A stretch of 64,000 nt of DNA from Eledone cirrhosa. Taxonomy: Eukaryota. This document shows positions 1 to 18,011 of this stretch, one piece after another. Every line of letters begins with the position of its first letter. The stretch's first letter is position 1. The translations under genes were made by a program, and so were the position numbers. The notes under the pieces were generated by a model. It had not been told where the DNA came from, searched no databases, and worked only from the letters and a program-made list of their open reading frames with translations. The stretch covers positions 158,782,001 through 158,846,000 of the forward strand of contig OZ024743.1 in assembly GCA_964016885.1 (NCBI GenBank), read 5' to 3'.

Positions 1-325
1 AAAGGTGGGTGAATGTAGCAAAAATGGCCCGAGTGATTGGGCCTTCTCTGTATATGAACCTGTAGGTTGAAGAAGAGAGCAAAAGGAAGAAAGGAGCACT
101 TGCGCAACATGTTCCTGAAGTTCAGGGTTGTTCTATCGACGAGTTATTAAACAACCCATTTGTAACGCCTCCCCACATTGGGGATTTCGATTGTTAAATT
201 TATTGGTTTTAATAATGTTTTTACACGATTGTATGTAAAATCTCCGGCATGTGTCTTTGTATTGTCCCCTTTTCTTGTGCGCCATTGTTGTAAATAAAGA
301 AATATATCTATCTATCTATTTATCT
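1..325 (+). mobile_element. 3' end of a Tx1-like LINE (alpha family), cut by the window edge, with short (TATC)n tail
   Basis: Encodes RWVNVAKMARVIGPSLYMNL* (TAG 63-65), matching the ORF2 C-terminus and 3'UTR at ~54851-55149; AATAAA 293-298 then GAAA-TATA-(TCTA)n. Confidence 0.92.
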
Positions 326-1559
326 GTGTACACTGTACACACACATATGCATACTGTCACACACATATATACATACATACATACATACATGTACATGCAT
401 ATATATATACATATATATATATATACACACAAAGGCACAGACATATATATGTATATACATATTTATGTATATATATATATATATATATATGTATATGTAT
501 ATATAAGTGTGTGTGTGTATATACCGCTCTCTCTGTATATACGAACGCACATATAGTATATATACTTATATAAAGTTTACGTTAAATCATTCGAAAATAA
601 TTTGAAAAAGTAATTGAAAAAATGGAAAAAACGAGCAAGAGAGAGAGAGAGACATTGAAAAACACCTCCTAAAACAACTAAGATAAAATTCCAATTCTCA
701 ATTTATTCATATTACAATGCATTTAAAGATTCATAGATAAATCCCTTTCCTTCTAATTGATTCTTGTTGTCAGAAATTCACGCCTCTCGTAAAACCTCTG
801 GTTATATCTTTTGATCTTAAATTAGGTGTGTTTTTGGCTGCTTTTGTTAAATGAATGGCTCGAACCCATTACTCGGATGGGGTTGGATAATTATTGTTTA
901 AACTTTTCAATTAGTTGGACTTTATCTGGGAAAATATAGATTGATTTTGGCATTCGTAGTGTTGAGTGAAGGCGTGGTGATTGAGTAGTTTAGTAGGTGG
1001 TATCAAGGAGTTCAACTGAGTGCAGTTTTAGTAAAGAAATGTTGAATGTATATTATTACATTTCATATAACACGTGACTCTTGTGATTACTTTTATTGAG
1101 AAAAGAATTACTTTTTGGGTGGTTGGTGGAGTTATTTGTTACTACGTTGCAATTATTCAGTATCAAAGCTTTGCAATAGACCTATTTTATAACCTTAACT
1201 AACTTTAATTATTGTTCCCAAAATTACCAAGTATTTGAGATCACCAACAATGTTCAATATTATAGAACCCCCCCCCCCCCAAAAAAAAATATATAAATAA
1301 ACGGTAAGGAAGTATGCCGCCTGTTCAACGATTTATATTTATAAATTAATATAATTTTAATTTAGGATTGAACGAAAGTTATGGTAAATAAGTTCTTGTT
1401 AGCATGTTAGGGAGATATGTAGAGGCAGGCGGGAGAAGGGTTTACTCATTCGACTATACGATATGTCTAACATATTTTGAGGCAATGCATGTTCTATGCC
1501 CTCATAAAAGTTACTTGCTCTGTGTGTTCGTTGTGTACTTATGGTTTAGAGAAAAATGA

Positions 1560-2110
1560 TTTAAGATTCGGAATCGCAAAGTTGCTATTATGTGTGCAGA
1601 GCTTTGCAGATGATGAATCTTTCTAAGCAATATTGAAATATGTGTTGCAATACTTTACCCATTAGTGTTAGGGAATGGGTTTATGTTTTGGCTACACCGT
1701 CTTTTGAAGGAATTCCCCATATTGGATTGGTAGGATACATTGAAGTTCACTGTGACACAATAGACGAGTTCTTTTACTTTGCAGTTATATTGATTTTTAT
1801 AACTTTGAGAAGTTGTTGGTACCAATACTCTATCCATGTTCATGTATTACATCAACCAAACACATATCTCGAGAAATCCCAACCCTCTACCATTTTCTAT
1901 CTACAGTAATTCATATCTTAATTCATATCAGTAATTCATAATTTAATTTTGATCATTGCTATTCTTTCTGACCATTAATTTTCGATATTCTTAACCCATC
2001 ACATTTTGATTAATTCTTTCCTCACTCATAATGGTAGACAATACTTCTTAAGCTGTATTTTGTACCCTACAGTTTGAATACAGATGCGAAACTTCACAAT
2101 TACTGACAAC
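1560..2110 (-). pseudogene. Possible highly decayed Penelope-like GIY-YIG endonuclease fragment
   Basis: Minus ORF 1655-1843 QYNCKVKELVYCVTVN...NSFKRR loosely resembles the NCKxxNxVYxIxC...R region of PLE endonucleases; key YIG motif not intact. Confidence 0.25.
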
Positions 2111-2199
2111 GAATATATGTTGAATATAAGGCTCCATATATGTATTGAACGTCTATTTAGTCAATGTTTGTTGTTTCCCTCTTTTTACATGTGTGCGTG

Positions 2200-5555
<3,356 letters not shown>

Positions 5556-5845
5556 CAGGTCGGGTCTAACTTTTAAGTTGGCTCATGTTTTAGGTGTTTT
5601 GATGAGATGGTAGAAATTGGGAGCTTACTGTTTCTGGTGATGAAAATGCTTTTTATTCTACTAGGTAGGCTTTGGTGGTTAGATATATTAGTTCAGATTG
5701 TGTTAGCGGTGGTCTCCAGTTGGCTATGTGTGATGTTGTTACTAACCCTACTATATAGGGCTGTGTTGTTGAGGTGTTCTAGCGCTAGTTGTGTGTAAAT
5801 CTTCTCCTCAATAACGCAGAATATTCTCTCCCTTCGTCTGAAGGG
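5556..5845 (-). mobile_element. RT N-terminal fragment of a different Penelope-like family fused to the 5' end of PLE A1
   Basis: Hand translation across frameshifts gives FCVIEEKIYTQLALEHLNNTALY...SKLP.FYHLIKT.K...KVRP, the pre-RT motifs of a PLE; A1 has its own different version (PTDKSGR...LYGLRKDHK) further downstream. Confidence 0.6.
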
Positions 5846-6010
5846 AAATATATTAATTTTAAACATGTATGTAGTTATGTTAATGCATATATATTTGTGT
5901 GAATGTATATGCATATTTATCTGCATGTCTCCCTCCCTCTTTCCCTACCTCTGTCTGTCTCTGTATGTGTTTGTCTCTCTCTCACCCTCTGCTTCCATCT
6001 CTCTCTATAC

Positions 6011-6062
<52 letters not shown>

Positions 6063-7068
6063 ATATGTATTTGTAGTTGTCTTTCTAAAACTTCATATTA
6101 TATTAGAAAACACCATTTTAGTTATTCGGGTGAAGTGGAAGGTGTCATGTATTTAGCCATTTTAGGAACTCCTCATATTACTTATATTACTTATATTAAA
6201 AACCTCTTCGCCAATCCTTCGTTCATTGTACTAATTGGTCATATGATGGTTCTGATAAATACTTTTGGATTTAGGGTTCAGATTTTTGTTTTTCAATCTA
6301 TTAAAAAATAGAGAACGAGTAACATTCTGTGATTAGTGTTCCATAATTCTGGCCTCATCCATCTTCCCCATACTAAAAACAAAATAATTAATAAATAAGT
6401 AAGTAAAAATCAAAATCAAACAAAATAGAGCTGGATGAGTTGATTCAATGTTTTGTAATTTCAAAACGAAAGCGTTATCTGTAAGAATACCAATTAAACA
6501 ATTCACAATAGAGAAACGGGTAAAGGTTCAAACGAAATTTAAAAGAAATGTATAATAAATGGACCTATGTTAGTGCTTTAAAGAAACATACCCCATGCTG
6601 GAGGTTAAAATAAACAAAGATTAAAATATATATATATAAAACCACTACTTTCAAATAAAAAAAAATGGCGACACAAAAAAATATAGTTTCTGCTATAAAT
6701 TTTTTGATGAAGGGATTTTATCCCCAAATATAAGGACCTATAAACATATCAACATCATTGATATCATATTTTAACATTTACTATTCAATTCACATTGTGG
6801 TAGCTTTCAAACAAATTACTATTTTCTACACTTTACAAAAGGCTTCAAGCATACGACAAGGCACTCTTAAAAGATAATTATTTTTAAATTGATATAAAAC
6901 ATTACAATAATTTTATTTCACAATAACATTTCTAAACTAGTTTGATTTGTTAAGAAAGTGGTAACTTGTCAGAATAGGTTATATGTTATCGCGTCTGACT
7001 AAATGATCCTCTATAAAAGAGTATATAAAACCATATACAATATATCTACGCATGCTAAAAATACATCT

Positions 7069-7799
7069 AGTCTGGCTGCGAGTATGGAAGGCGCGAACAT
7101 ATTGCAGCTTCTTCAGCATCAAGGTAGGAGCGGTGGATGTATTTCAAAGTCTTCATATATTGTAAGCACGTGGTTACATATTCCTTGGTGCTGAATAGCT
7201 ACAGGTGATACTGGATGTATGTTTAGTATATGTAAATGTTTTGTATATGCGTTCACATAAATCTTTAGTTTTAAATAGACCATGTTAGTACTACCGGTAA
7301 TTAAAACTTGTCGCCAAAGCTTGAATTAAATATAAATAAATATTCACCCCGAATAGTTTGTTTACGAAATCTATAAGAAGGTTTATCTATTTATGAGACA
7401 TGCTGTCTATCCAATATTGCACACTGTAATCAGTAGAAAGGAGGATAGTCCTGAAGATAAAGATATAAGAAATTACAGTGATGTGAAGAGCATGATCATT
7501 TATATGAAAGAATCATATAGGTGGAATATAATCATAACAAACCAGACGTAATGATCTGGGATTGAGATTAGATATTATACGTGGTAATGGAAATCTGTTG
7601 TTCAGCACATGTTAATATAATGTTAAAGACTAGAGAAAACATTTGTGACGAACTAATGAGAAATAAATGCATATACTTGAAATTGTTGAGATACTTAGAT
7701 ACACCTAGTGCACCTGTACCCACCTTGAGAGGCTTGGTTTCACAAAACCAGAAAGGACACGGCTAAGAAGGAAATTACTTCTGAAACCCATTAATGGAA
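7069..7799 (-). other. Candidate host-gene exons (unidentified) in the only long unique stretch
   Basis: Minus-strand acceptor-like sites (ttttacag before 7799, tttatcttcag before 7450, cctgtag near 7199), a donor AG|gtgggt at 7724, and short open frames PLMGFRSNFLLSRVLSGFVKPSLS / TILLSTDYSVQYW / LFSTKEYVTTCLQYMKTLKYIHRSYLDAEEAAICSRLPYSQPD*; no recognisable homology and the splice chain is not closed. Confidence 0.2.
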
Positions 7800-8628
7800 C
7801 TGTAAAATCATGTAAAACAGTCCAGAAGTGTAACTTGTAATAAGCCACATATACACACGCTTGCAAACATATGTATGTAAACTCATTCATCGGATATACA
7901 AATGTACAGATGCAATACTCGCACACATACTTACATGTGCACAGCTGTAAATACATACATACATACATACATGTATCTATAGATTCAGAAAGTTACACCA
8001 CATTTCTTACATATACAGACGACATTAATAGAAGAATCATTATTAGGAAAAGTAAATAGCACTCATATACAAATAACAGAGATAACAAAAACAACGACAA
8101 CAACAAAAATAAAAAGAATAAAAACAATATTGAAGGAAAATAAAAGTTAAGTTATCAATTTTGAATTCATTCAAATACTGATTCGATCAAGTTCTTAAGA
8201 TTTTTTTTTCTTTCAAAGAGAAGTAAAAAACAACAACAAAAAACAAAAACAAAAAAACAAAAATACAAAAAACAAACAAAACAAAACAAAAAAAAAAATG
8301 CAACAAAACCCTCCTCAAAATAAACCTAATAAAAAATAAATTCCATGGAAAAAATATAACATGTAAAATTGATAGAAAAAGGTGGCTATGTTATATATAG
8401 AAGGAGAAAATGTTAAAGTGAGCAAGTTAACTCAGGCTTCACTGTCTTTGTTTCTCTCTATTACTTTTTTCTCTATCTCCATCTCCTTGCTATTTATTAC
8501 GTATTTTACACCCCCACACATAATACATATATATATATTAGAGAGAGAGAGGGAGGGGAAGGAGAGACATATATAACAGAGGAGATAGGAGATAGATAGT
8601 TAAAGACTTAAAGAATGATAGGTCTTGT

Positions 8629-9401
<773 letters not shown>

Positions 9402-9596
9402 TGAGTGCCATTATATCTACCTACCTACACATCTATCTCTATATATTGGGTCGTCAAGTATGAAATTTGTAGACGTTTGTAGAAAACAAACACATTTCTA
9501 CAAATTCCATACTTGATGACTCAATATATGGATTCACATAACAAACACTGACACAGTCAAATACTCACATACATACGTACTTATGCATGTATGTTT

Positions 9597-9615
9597 ATAT
9601 GTATGTATATGTATG

Positions 9616-9647
<32 letters not shown>

Positions 9648-9709
9648 TGTATGTATGTATGTATGTATGTATGTATGTATGTATGTATGTATGTATGTAT
9701 GTATGTATG
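9597..9709. repeat. (TATG)n = (CATA)n tail/target of R4/Dong copy 1
   Basis: Direct reading. Confidence 0.97.
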
Positions 9710-11810
9710 TTCTGGTTTTATAATTTCACAAAGCTTTACCAATAGAGAGAGAGTCGGTTTCTAACATAGACACAAGACTCTCTCATTGGAATTTGCACAA
9801 CATCAACTAGGTAGATATGTATGTATGCATGTGTAGATATGGATGTTATTGTATGTGTGGATGTGTATGTTTTGAGTTATATGTGTGCATGTGTATATGC
9901 TTTGTATCTGTACATGTGTATATGCAGTTATTAGATGCAAAATTTTGGGAATGTTTTACATATTTTTACTGTTCCATTAATGGATTGTACTTGTAGTTTC
10001 CTAACTAGTTGTGTTCTCTCTGTTCCTGTGAAGCCTAGCTTCTCAAGATTTGTATTGAGGCAGTTACTAACATATCCCAGTGCCCCAATAATCACAGGCA
10101 TAAATCTGAAGGTGTAATCAGGGTGGAGTATCTGCAGATTTCTCATCAGTTCTGCATAAATATTCTCCTTTTCACTAATCTTTGATATTATATTGGCATC
10201 TGTTGGGCAGCTAATTTCCACTACTGTGCATGTTTTCTTCTCCCTGTCCCATATCATAATATCTGGTCTGTTATGCCTGCATTTTATTGGGGTTTTTACT
10301 GGAACATTCCACCAGTACTATTTCATATTATGTACATGGATGTCTTTCACATTGTTGTAGCTTTTAATGTGTTTATTATCGGGGCTATCTTTTTTACGAA
10401 CTGCATTGTACAGTGTTTTGGCCACTACATCATGCCTCATAGGTAGATAGTACTGCGATGACATCTTTGGACAGCTGCTGATGACATGGGTGATATCCTC
10501 GATGTTAGTTCTGCAGAGTCTGCACTTGTTATCACATCTAGGTGTTTTTCTTGCATCCCTATCTCTTTTGTGAATCAGGTATTTCGTGCTAATCTCCTGT
10601 TCTTGGATTGCAAAAGCGTATCCTTCAAAGTGGGAGCCAATATAGCGGTTGTTGCTCCAAGATAGACTACTTTCCTTATCTATATTACTCTCACTCTGGA
10701 GCTTCCTGGCAACATAACCATGCATGATTTTTTGCTGATAGGTATGCAGTTTTTCATCCATGGATTCACTGCGATACTGCTGAGCGATATCCCTGGGTGT
10801 GAGTTTTTGATTATCACACAGGGAATATCTCTCAAGGAGTTCCTTCCCAACTCTCATGATCTTATCTGTTTCATGCAGATAGACTTGCTCGAGAAGCGGG
10901 CTCCTACGCTTCGCGGTTCGTATATGTTGTCGGAGAGATATTATGCGACATTCAAATGTTGTCTGGACTGATGTTAGGCCTCTGCCTCCCTGCTTACGTT
11001 TCAAGTAAAGGCAGTCTATGTCACTGTTGATGTGGAAGTTTCCGGTGTTGTTCAGTATTTTTCGAGTTCCAAGATCAACTGCTCGGATTTCGTCTATCGT
11101 CCAATTGAGTATTCGAAACGTTGGTGTTAGGACAGGCACAGCAAACACATTGTGAGCCACTGTTTTGTTTTGCGCAGAGAGTTCCGATGACCAGATCTTT
11201 CTTAATCGGGTGTAGTATTCCCTGGTTACGCGTTCTTTATTACAGATAGCATTATAGGATATGTTCTCATCTATCCCCAGGTATCTGTAGCAGTCCTCAT
11301 AAGATATCGGTGAAACAGTTAGACCATTGATGACAATGTTGCTAGATTGGGTTGTTGTTTTTCCCCGCTTTACAGTCATGTATGAGCATTTATCTTGGCC
11401 AAACTCCATTCCTATATCCTTTGAGAACGTTGTAACCAGGTCAAGATTTTTTTTCATCCCATCCATGTTCTTGGCATAGAGTTTCAGATCGTCCACAAAG
11501 AAGTTATGGGTTAGGTTCGTATTTCTGTCCTCCTGTGAGCCAATGATGTATCCTTCACATTTCTTGAGCAGAAAGGACAAGGGGTTTAATGACAAGATGA
11601 ACAATATCACAGAGAGACTGTCCCCCTGAAATATACCCCTGAAATATTTTATTTTATCAGTGAAAATAGAGTCCTCCCTCTCTGTCTTTAACCTTAGGAT
11701 AGTAGCCCAAGAAGAAGACAGCATCCCTATGGCTCTGACTATAATGTCTGGGTCTTTAGCAAGTTGGAGGGCCTCTATCATCCAAGAGTGGTGAACAGAA
11801 TCGAAAGCTT
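9710..11810 (-). mobile_element. R4/Dong-like non-LTR retrotransposon (RT + CCHC + restriction-like endonuclease), 5'-truncated, copy 1
   Basis: AFDSVHH, GIFQGDSLS, FFVDDLKLY, YRYLG, GGRGL, CRLC-x7-THVISSC..RHD, RPDIMIWD..VVEISCP (PD-D/E RLE); one premature TAG at 10318-10320; ORF ends 9931; ends AAAACCAGAA-(CATA)n. Confidence 0.9.
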
Positions 11811-11929
11811 ATGTATGTATGTATGTATGTATGTATGTATGTATGTATGTATGTATGTATGTATGTATGTATGTATGTATGTATGTATGTATGTATGTAT
11901 GTATGTATGTATGTATGCATGTATGTATG
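11811..11929. repeat. (TATG)n spacer between the two R4/Dong copies
   Basis: Direct reading. Confidence 0.97.
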
Positions 11930-13332
11930 TTCTGGTTTTATAATTCCACAAATTTCTACCATAGTGAGAGAGAGTCGGTTTCTAACATAGATACAAGACT
12001 CTCTCATTGGAATTTAAACAACATCAAGTAGGTAGATATGTATACATGTCTTCATGCATGCATGTGTGTGGGCAAATATGGATGTTAATGTATGCGTACA
12101 TTTTGATGTTTTGAGTTATATGTGTGCATGTGCATATGCTTTGCATCCTGTACAAGTATATATACAGTTATTAGAAGCAGAATTTTTGAAATGTTTTACA
12201 TATTTTTACTGTTCCATTAATGGATTGTACTTGTAATTTCCTAACTAGTCGTGTTGTTTCTGGTTCTGTGAAGCCCAGCTTCTCAAAATTTGTACTGAGG
12301 CAGTTACTAACATATCCTAGTGTCCCAATAATCACAGGTATAAATCTGAAGGTATAGTCAGGGTGGAGTTCTGTATAAATATTCTCCTTTTCGCTAATCT
12401 TTGATATTATATTGATATCTACTGGGCAGCTAACTTCCACTACTGTGCATGCCTTCTTTTTCCTGTCCCATATCATTATATCTGGTCTGTTATGCTTGCA
12501 TTTTATTGGGGTTTTTACTGGAATATACCTGAGTTCTCTTTCATATTATGTATGTATGTCTTCCCCATTGTTGTAGCTTTTAATGTGTTTATTGCCAGGG
12601 CTATCTTTTCTACCGGTTGCACTGTGCAGTGTTTTGGCCACTACATCATGCCTCATAGGTAGATTGTACCATGATGACATCTTTAGACAGCTGCTTATGA
12701 CATAGGTGACATGTTCGATATTAATTCTGCAGAGTATACACTTGTCACATCTAGGTGTTTTGCCTGCATCCCTATCTCTTTTGTGAATTAGGTATTTTTT
12801 GCTGATTTCCTGTTCTTGGATTGCAAAATATATCTTTCAAAGTAGGAGTCAATATATAGGTTGTAGGCCCAAGATAGACTACTTTGATCATCTATATTAC
12901 TCTCACTCAAGATTAACAACAGCAGTTCTTTTTTTTGATTATCTATATTACTCTCACTCCGGAGCTTCCAGGCAACATACCCATGCATGACGTTTTTTTG
13001 ATAAGAATGCAGTTTTTCATCCAATGATTCACTGCGGTACTGCTGGACAATTTCCCTGGGTGTGAGGTTTTGATTATCATGCAGGGAGTATCTTTCAAGG
13101 AGTTCCTTCCCAACTCTCATGATCTTATCTGTCTCATGCAGACAGACATGCTCAGTAGATGGGCTTCTACATTTGGAGGTTCGTAAATGTTGTCGGAGGG
13201 ATATGATGCGACATTCAAATGCTGTCTGGACTGATGTTAGCCCTCTCCTTCCTTGCTTACGTTTCAAGTAGAGGCGGTCTATGTCACTGTTGATGTGGAA
13301 GTTTCCGGTGTTGTTTAGGGTTTTTCGAGTTT
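11930..13332 (-). mobile_element. R4/Dong-like element copy 2, 5'-truncated, more decayed
   Basis: Clear paralogue of 9710-11070 (KRKQGRRGLTSVQTAFECRII, WDRKKKACTVVEVSCP), same 3' terminus TTCTGGTTTTATAATT on plus; indels and stops. Confidence 0.9.
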
Positions 13333-13709
13333 TTACATCAATTTATCGGAATATGTATGTATGCATGTACGCATGTATGTATATATGATTGCAATGTATG
13401 TACGCATGTATGTATGAATGTATGTATGTATGTATGAATATTTATATGTAAGTATGAATATATCAATCGTTTGATTAATCCCTGACATAAATGTTAGACG
13501 AGAAAGATGTATACATTTTCGTTTACGAAACGAACGGTAATATAGGAATAAGTGAAACAGATATTTAATTTCCATACGAAACGTTTGTTGCTTTTTCTCA
13601 TTCGTTTGTGCACACACCTGTACACATCCCTGTATTACAGATACTTATATATGTATAAGTATATAAGTATATAAGTATATACACATTTATGTATAAGTAT
13701 GTGTATACA

Positions 13710-13795
<86 letters not shown>

Positions 13796-13980
13796 TAAGT
13801 ACATATGTATACATATATGTATATATACACATACGTATATATATATATATATACATACATATGTATACATATAAATATATATGTATATATATATGTATAG
13901 CTATATATATGTATATATATATATGTATGTATATATATATGAATGTATATATATATATGTATATATTTATGTATATATAA

Positions 13981-14029
<49 letters not shown>

Positions 14030-14386
14030 TACACATACATATATATATATATATATATACATATAAAGCGAGAGAGAGAGAGTGAGATTGAGTGAGGGGA
14101 GAGAGAGAGAGAGCGAAAGAGAAAGAGTGAGATGGAGAAAAAGGTGAGATAGATAGACAATGAGATGCATAAGGGGAAAGAGAGCGGTTTATACAAACAT
14201 ATATATACACCAAAGAGTCTTAACACGAAACTTTATATTTGATTTGCAAAATACATTTGTAAGTCAACCGGATATTTTAATATATTTCAAATGCTATTCA
14301 TATCACAATCACGATCTTCTTTTTTCTATCCTCCCGTGCAGTTTAAGTATTTTTTTTTTTCGGAACGTGAGATAATGCTGTCACGA

Positions 14387-14485
14387 ATGTATGTATGTAT
14401 GTATGTATGTATGTATGTATGTATGTATGTATGTATGTATGTATGTATGTATGTATGTATGTATGTATGTATGCATGTATGTATG
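14387..14485. repeat. (TATG)n microsatellite
   Basis: Direct reading. Confidence 0.95.
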
Positions 14486-14935
14486 CATATATTTATGTAG
14501 GAAGCTTTCCGTGTATGTATATATTGTATATATTATGTATGTAAGTTATTACTGAAAAATGAAAAAGGAAATTTACAGCTCGCATCTATTTACGAGGTTA
14601 GCTGAAACGTTTATAGGTTGACTATGGAGGATTAATGCTAGTGCTGTAAAATCTTGCATGCACTAATTTCAACACTTCTTATTAATAACTGCTTTGTTTC
14701 ATTGTTTGTAGGGACTATGTTGAGAAATAAATCTTATTTGTCCAATACATAAGAGTATTCTGGTCAGCACATGAACCTATCAATCGTAGGTTTAGTTGGC
14801 CTCTTACATCTCATAGTTGCTATTTTTTGGGGTGGTTTAATGACGGTCTCCAGTCCTATTATGAAAGGTAATGTAAAATGAAGCTTTTTGCTCAAGAATA
14901 AAACAGACTGCCCGGTAGTTCACGATTCGAACAAA

Positions 14936-15713
<778 letters not shown>

Positions 15714-15983
15714 GAAAGGTATAGAAATTGTTGTAGCGAGAAGCTAACAGTATTCCATAACATATATGCGACTATAGCGTCAGAATGGGAAAAATAGTTA
15801 ACGTAAGATGTGGGAAAAATAATTCAAACTCATCTCAAAAGAGAATCAGGATATAAATTCATCCACAGAATTTAGTGTAATCCAGGGAAAAATCAATAGA
15901 GCCTTAACTCATGATACAATAAAGTCTAAAGTCTCATCCTTCAATTTGGAAAAACTTCAAATGCTCTGTATAGTCTTAAATAC

Positions 15984-16087
<104 letters not shown>

Positions 16088-18011
16088 TATATATATAATT
16101 TATATATATAATTTTATAATTTGTCGATCGACTTTCGTCAAATCGGATCGAGTAAACAATGTTTCCGTTGGTCTTTCCAATTTCTAATACTATCTATTGG
16201 TCGTAACTCCAGGTAGAAGGAGCAAGGTGATATATATATATATATATATGAATGAAAAATGGCGAGCTGTATTGTTGCAAGTATGATATATATAATAAAT
16301 GAAGAATTAGAAATAGAAGCCAAGTCTATCCGCCATCATGGGTATTTCTTCGCATTACAGACCATATACATCAAGCTAGGGTGATACAATAACTAAATTA
16401 AGTTATTGGGATAAAAAAAGTTGGGTGGAGAAAGAGAGACAGGTAAACAAACATGAATGGTGACATATATATATATATATACAGATATATATATATATAA
16501 AGATATATATATAGATATGAAAATAACAAAAATAAAAATGCTGTTGTTATATAAATACTTTAATCATAATTATTTCCACGGTTATCCATGCAATTCGGAA
16601 GTCCTTCATGCATTTGTTGTTGTTATGAGAACGGTACTCTCGGATGAAATCCAATTTAGTGATATGTTGCCGGCAGGAAAAAAGAAACCACACGTTCTTC
16701 TGCTCGTGTGTCCAGCAGACATATAAGTTCCTGAAAGGGTCTACCGGCCGTAGTGTTTGCTGGAGTAAGGTGCTATCAACGTGTCAATTACTGAAATCAG
16801 TATTCACGCAACCCCCACAGAGTTGAGGTCGTAAATCAGAAGAGAGGTATATGCAAATGAACGTGTAAATAATTGAAAAAACAACCGTTTATTTAAATGA
16901 CACTGGAGAGAGATAGGGAAGAAAGAGAGAGAGAAAAAAAAGAGAGAGAAAAGATATTAATATTACGAGATAGATAGAGAGAAGAAATTATCAAGAGGAT
17001 GAATAGAACTCATGTAACGTAAATATGGGGGAATAAATTTTAAGTTTATATCTACTAATGGTACGTATATTTACTATTATTTAGTTGTTAGAATTCTTTT
17101 TAATATAATATTTACTGTTATAATTAGATAGAAAAATAAATAGATATATATAGAAAATAAATATATATAAAAATTAGATACAAAAATATATGGAAAAATA
17201 AAAGAATAAATAGATAGAAAAATAAATAGATAAAAAAATAAGCAGAAAAATAAATAGAAAAATAAATAGATAAATAAATAGCAAAAATAAAAGAATAAAT
17301 CAATAAATAGATAAATAGATAAATAGATAGATAAATGGATATATGGGTATATCGTGTTATAGATAATTGTTTTAATGAGTTATGAGGGATATTGGTTTAT
17401 ATTTAATGTAAGTAATTAAGTTAACTTAGTTAATAAGAATATTTATATTTATATTTTTAAATATTTTAAATTGGGAAGAAACGGAAAAAACTCTAGTTTT
17501 GTTTATATTAGTTAGTATGAGACCATTTTGTCAAAATAAGTTTCAATGTTAAAGATACTAATGTTGAAAGATATATTTAGCCTGAATTAACTAGTGGTTA
17601 TAAATCTAATAAAAGATATTAAACATTTTTTTATTAAAAATATTTAAAAATATTAAAAATTCGGGAAAATAAAAAAAAATTTTTTTTAAATCTTATAAAA
17701 ACTTTATAAAAAATTTTATAAAAACTTTATAAGAGAGGTTTTTTTAAAAAAAAAGTAATTTTATAAAAATAAGTAATTTTTAACATATATGAAAGATTTA
17801 AGAAGTAAAAAATAAAAAATGAAAGATTTAAGAAGTAAAAAATGAAAGATTTAAGAAGTAAAAAATAAAGAATAAAGAATTAAAAAACTTAAAAAATATT
17901 AAAATTAAAGTTAATATTAAAAATTAAAATTTAAAAATTTAGGATCATATATGTATATAATTTAAGAAATTTTAAGAAGTATTATAAGTGTAATTATAAT
18001 TTATAATTTAT

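Noticed and set aside
16900-18010. Extremely AT-rich tract with short tandem repeats (ATGAAAGATTTAAGAAGTAAAAAA x3 near 17789-17863)
   Set aside because: Low complexity, probably the 3'UTR of the Naiad-like element; no independent function supportable
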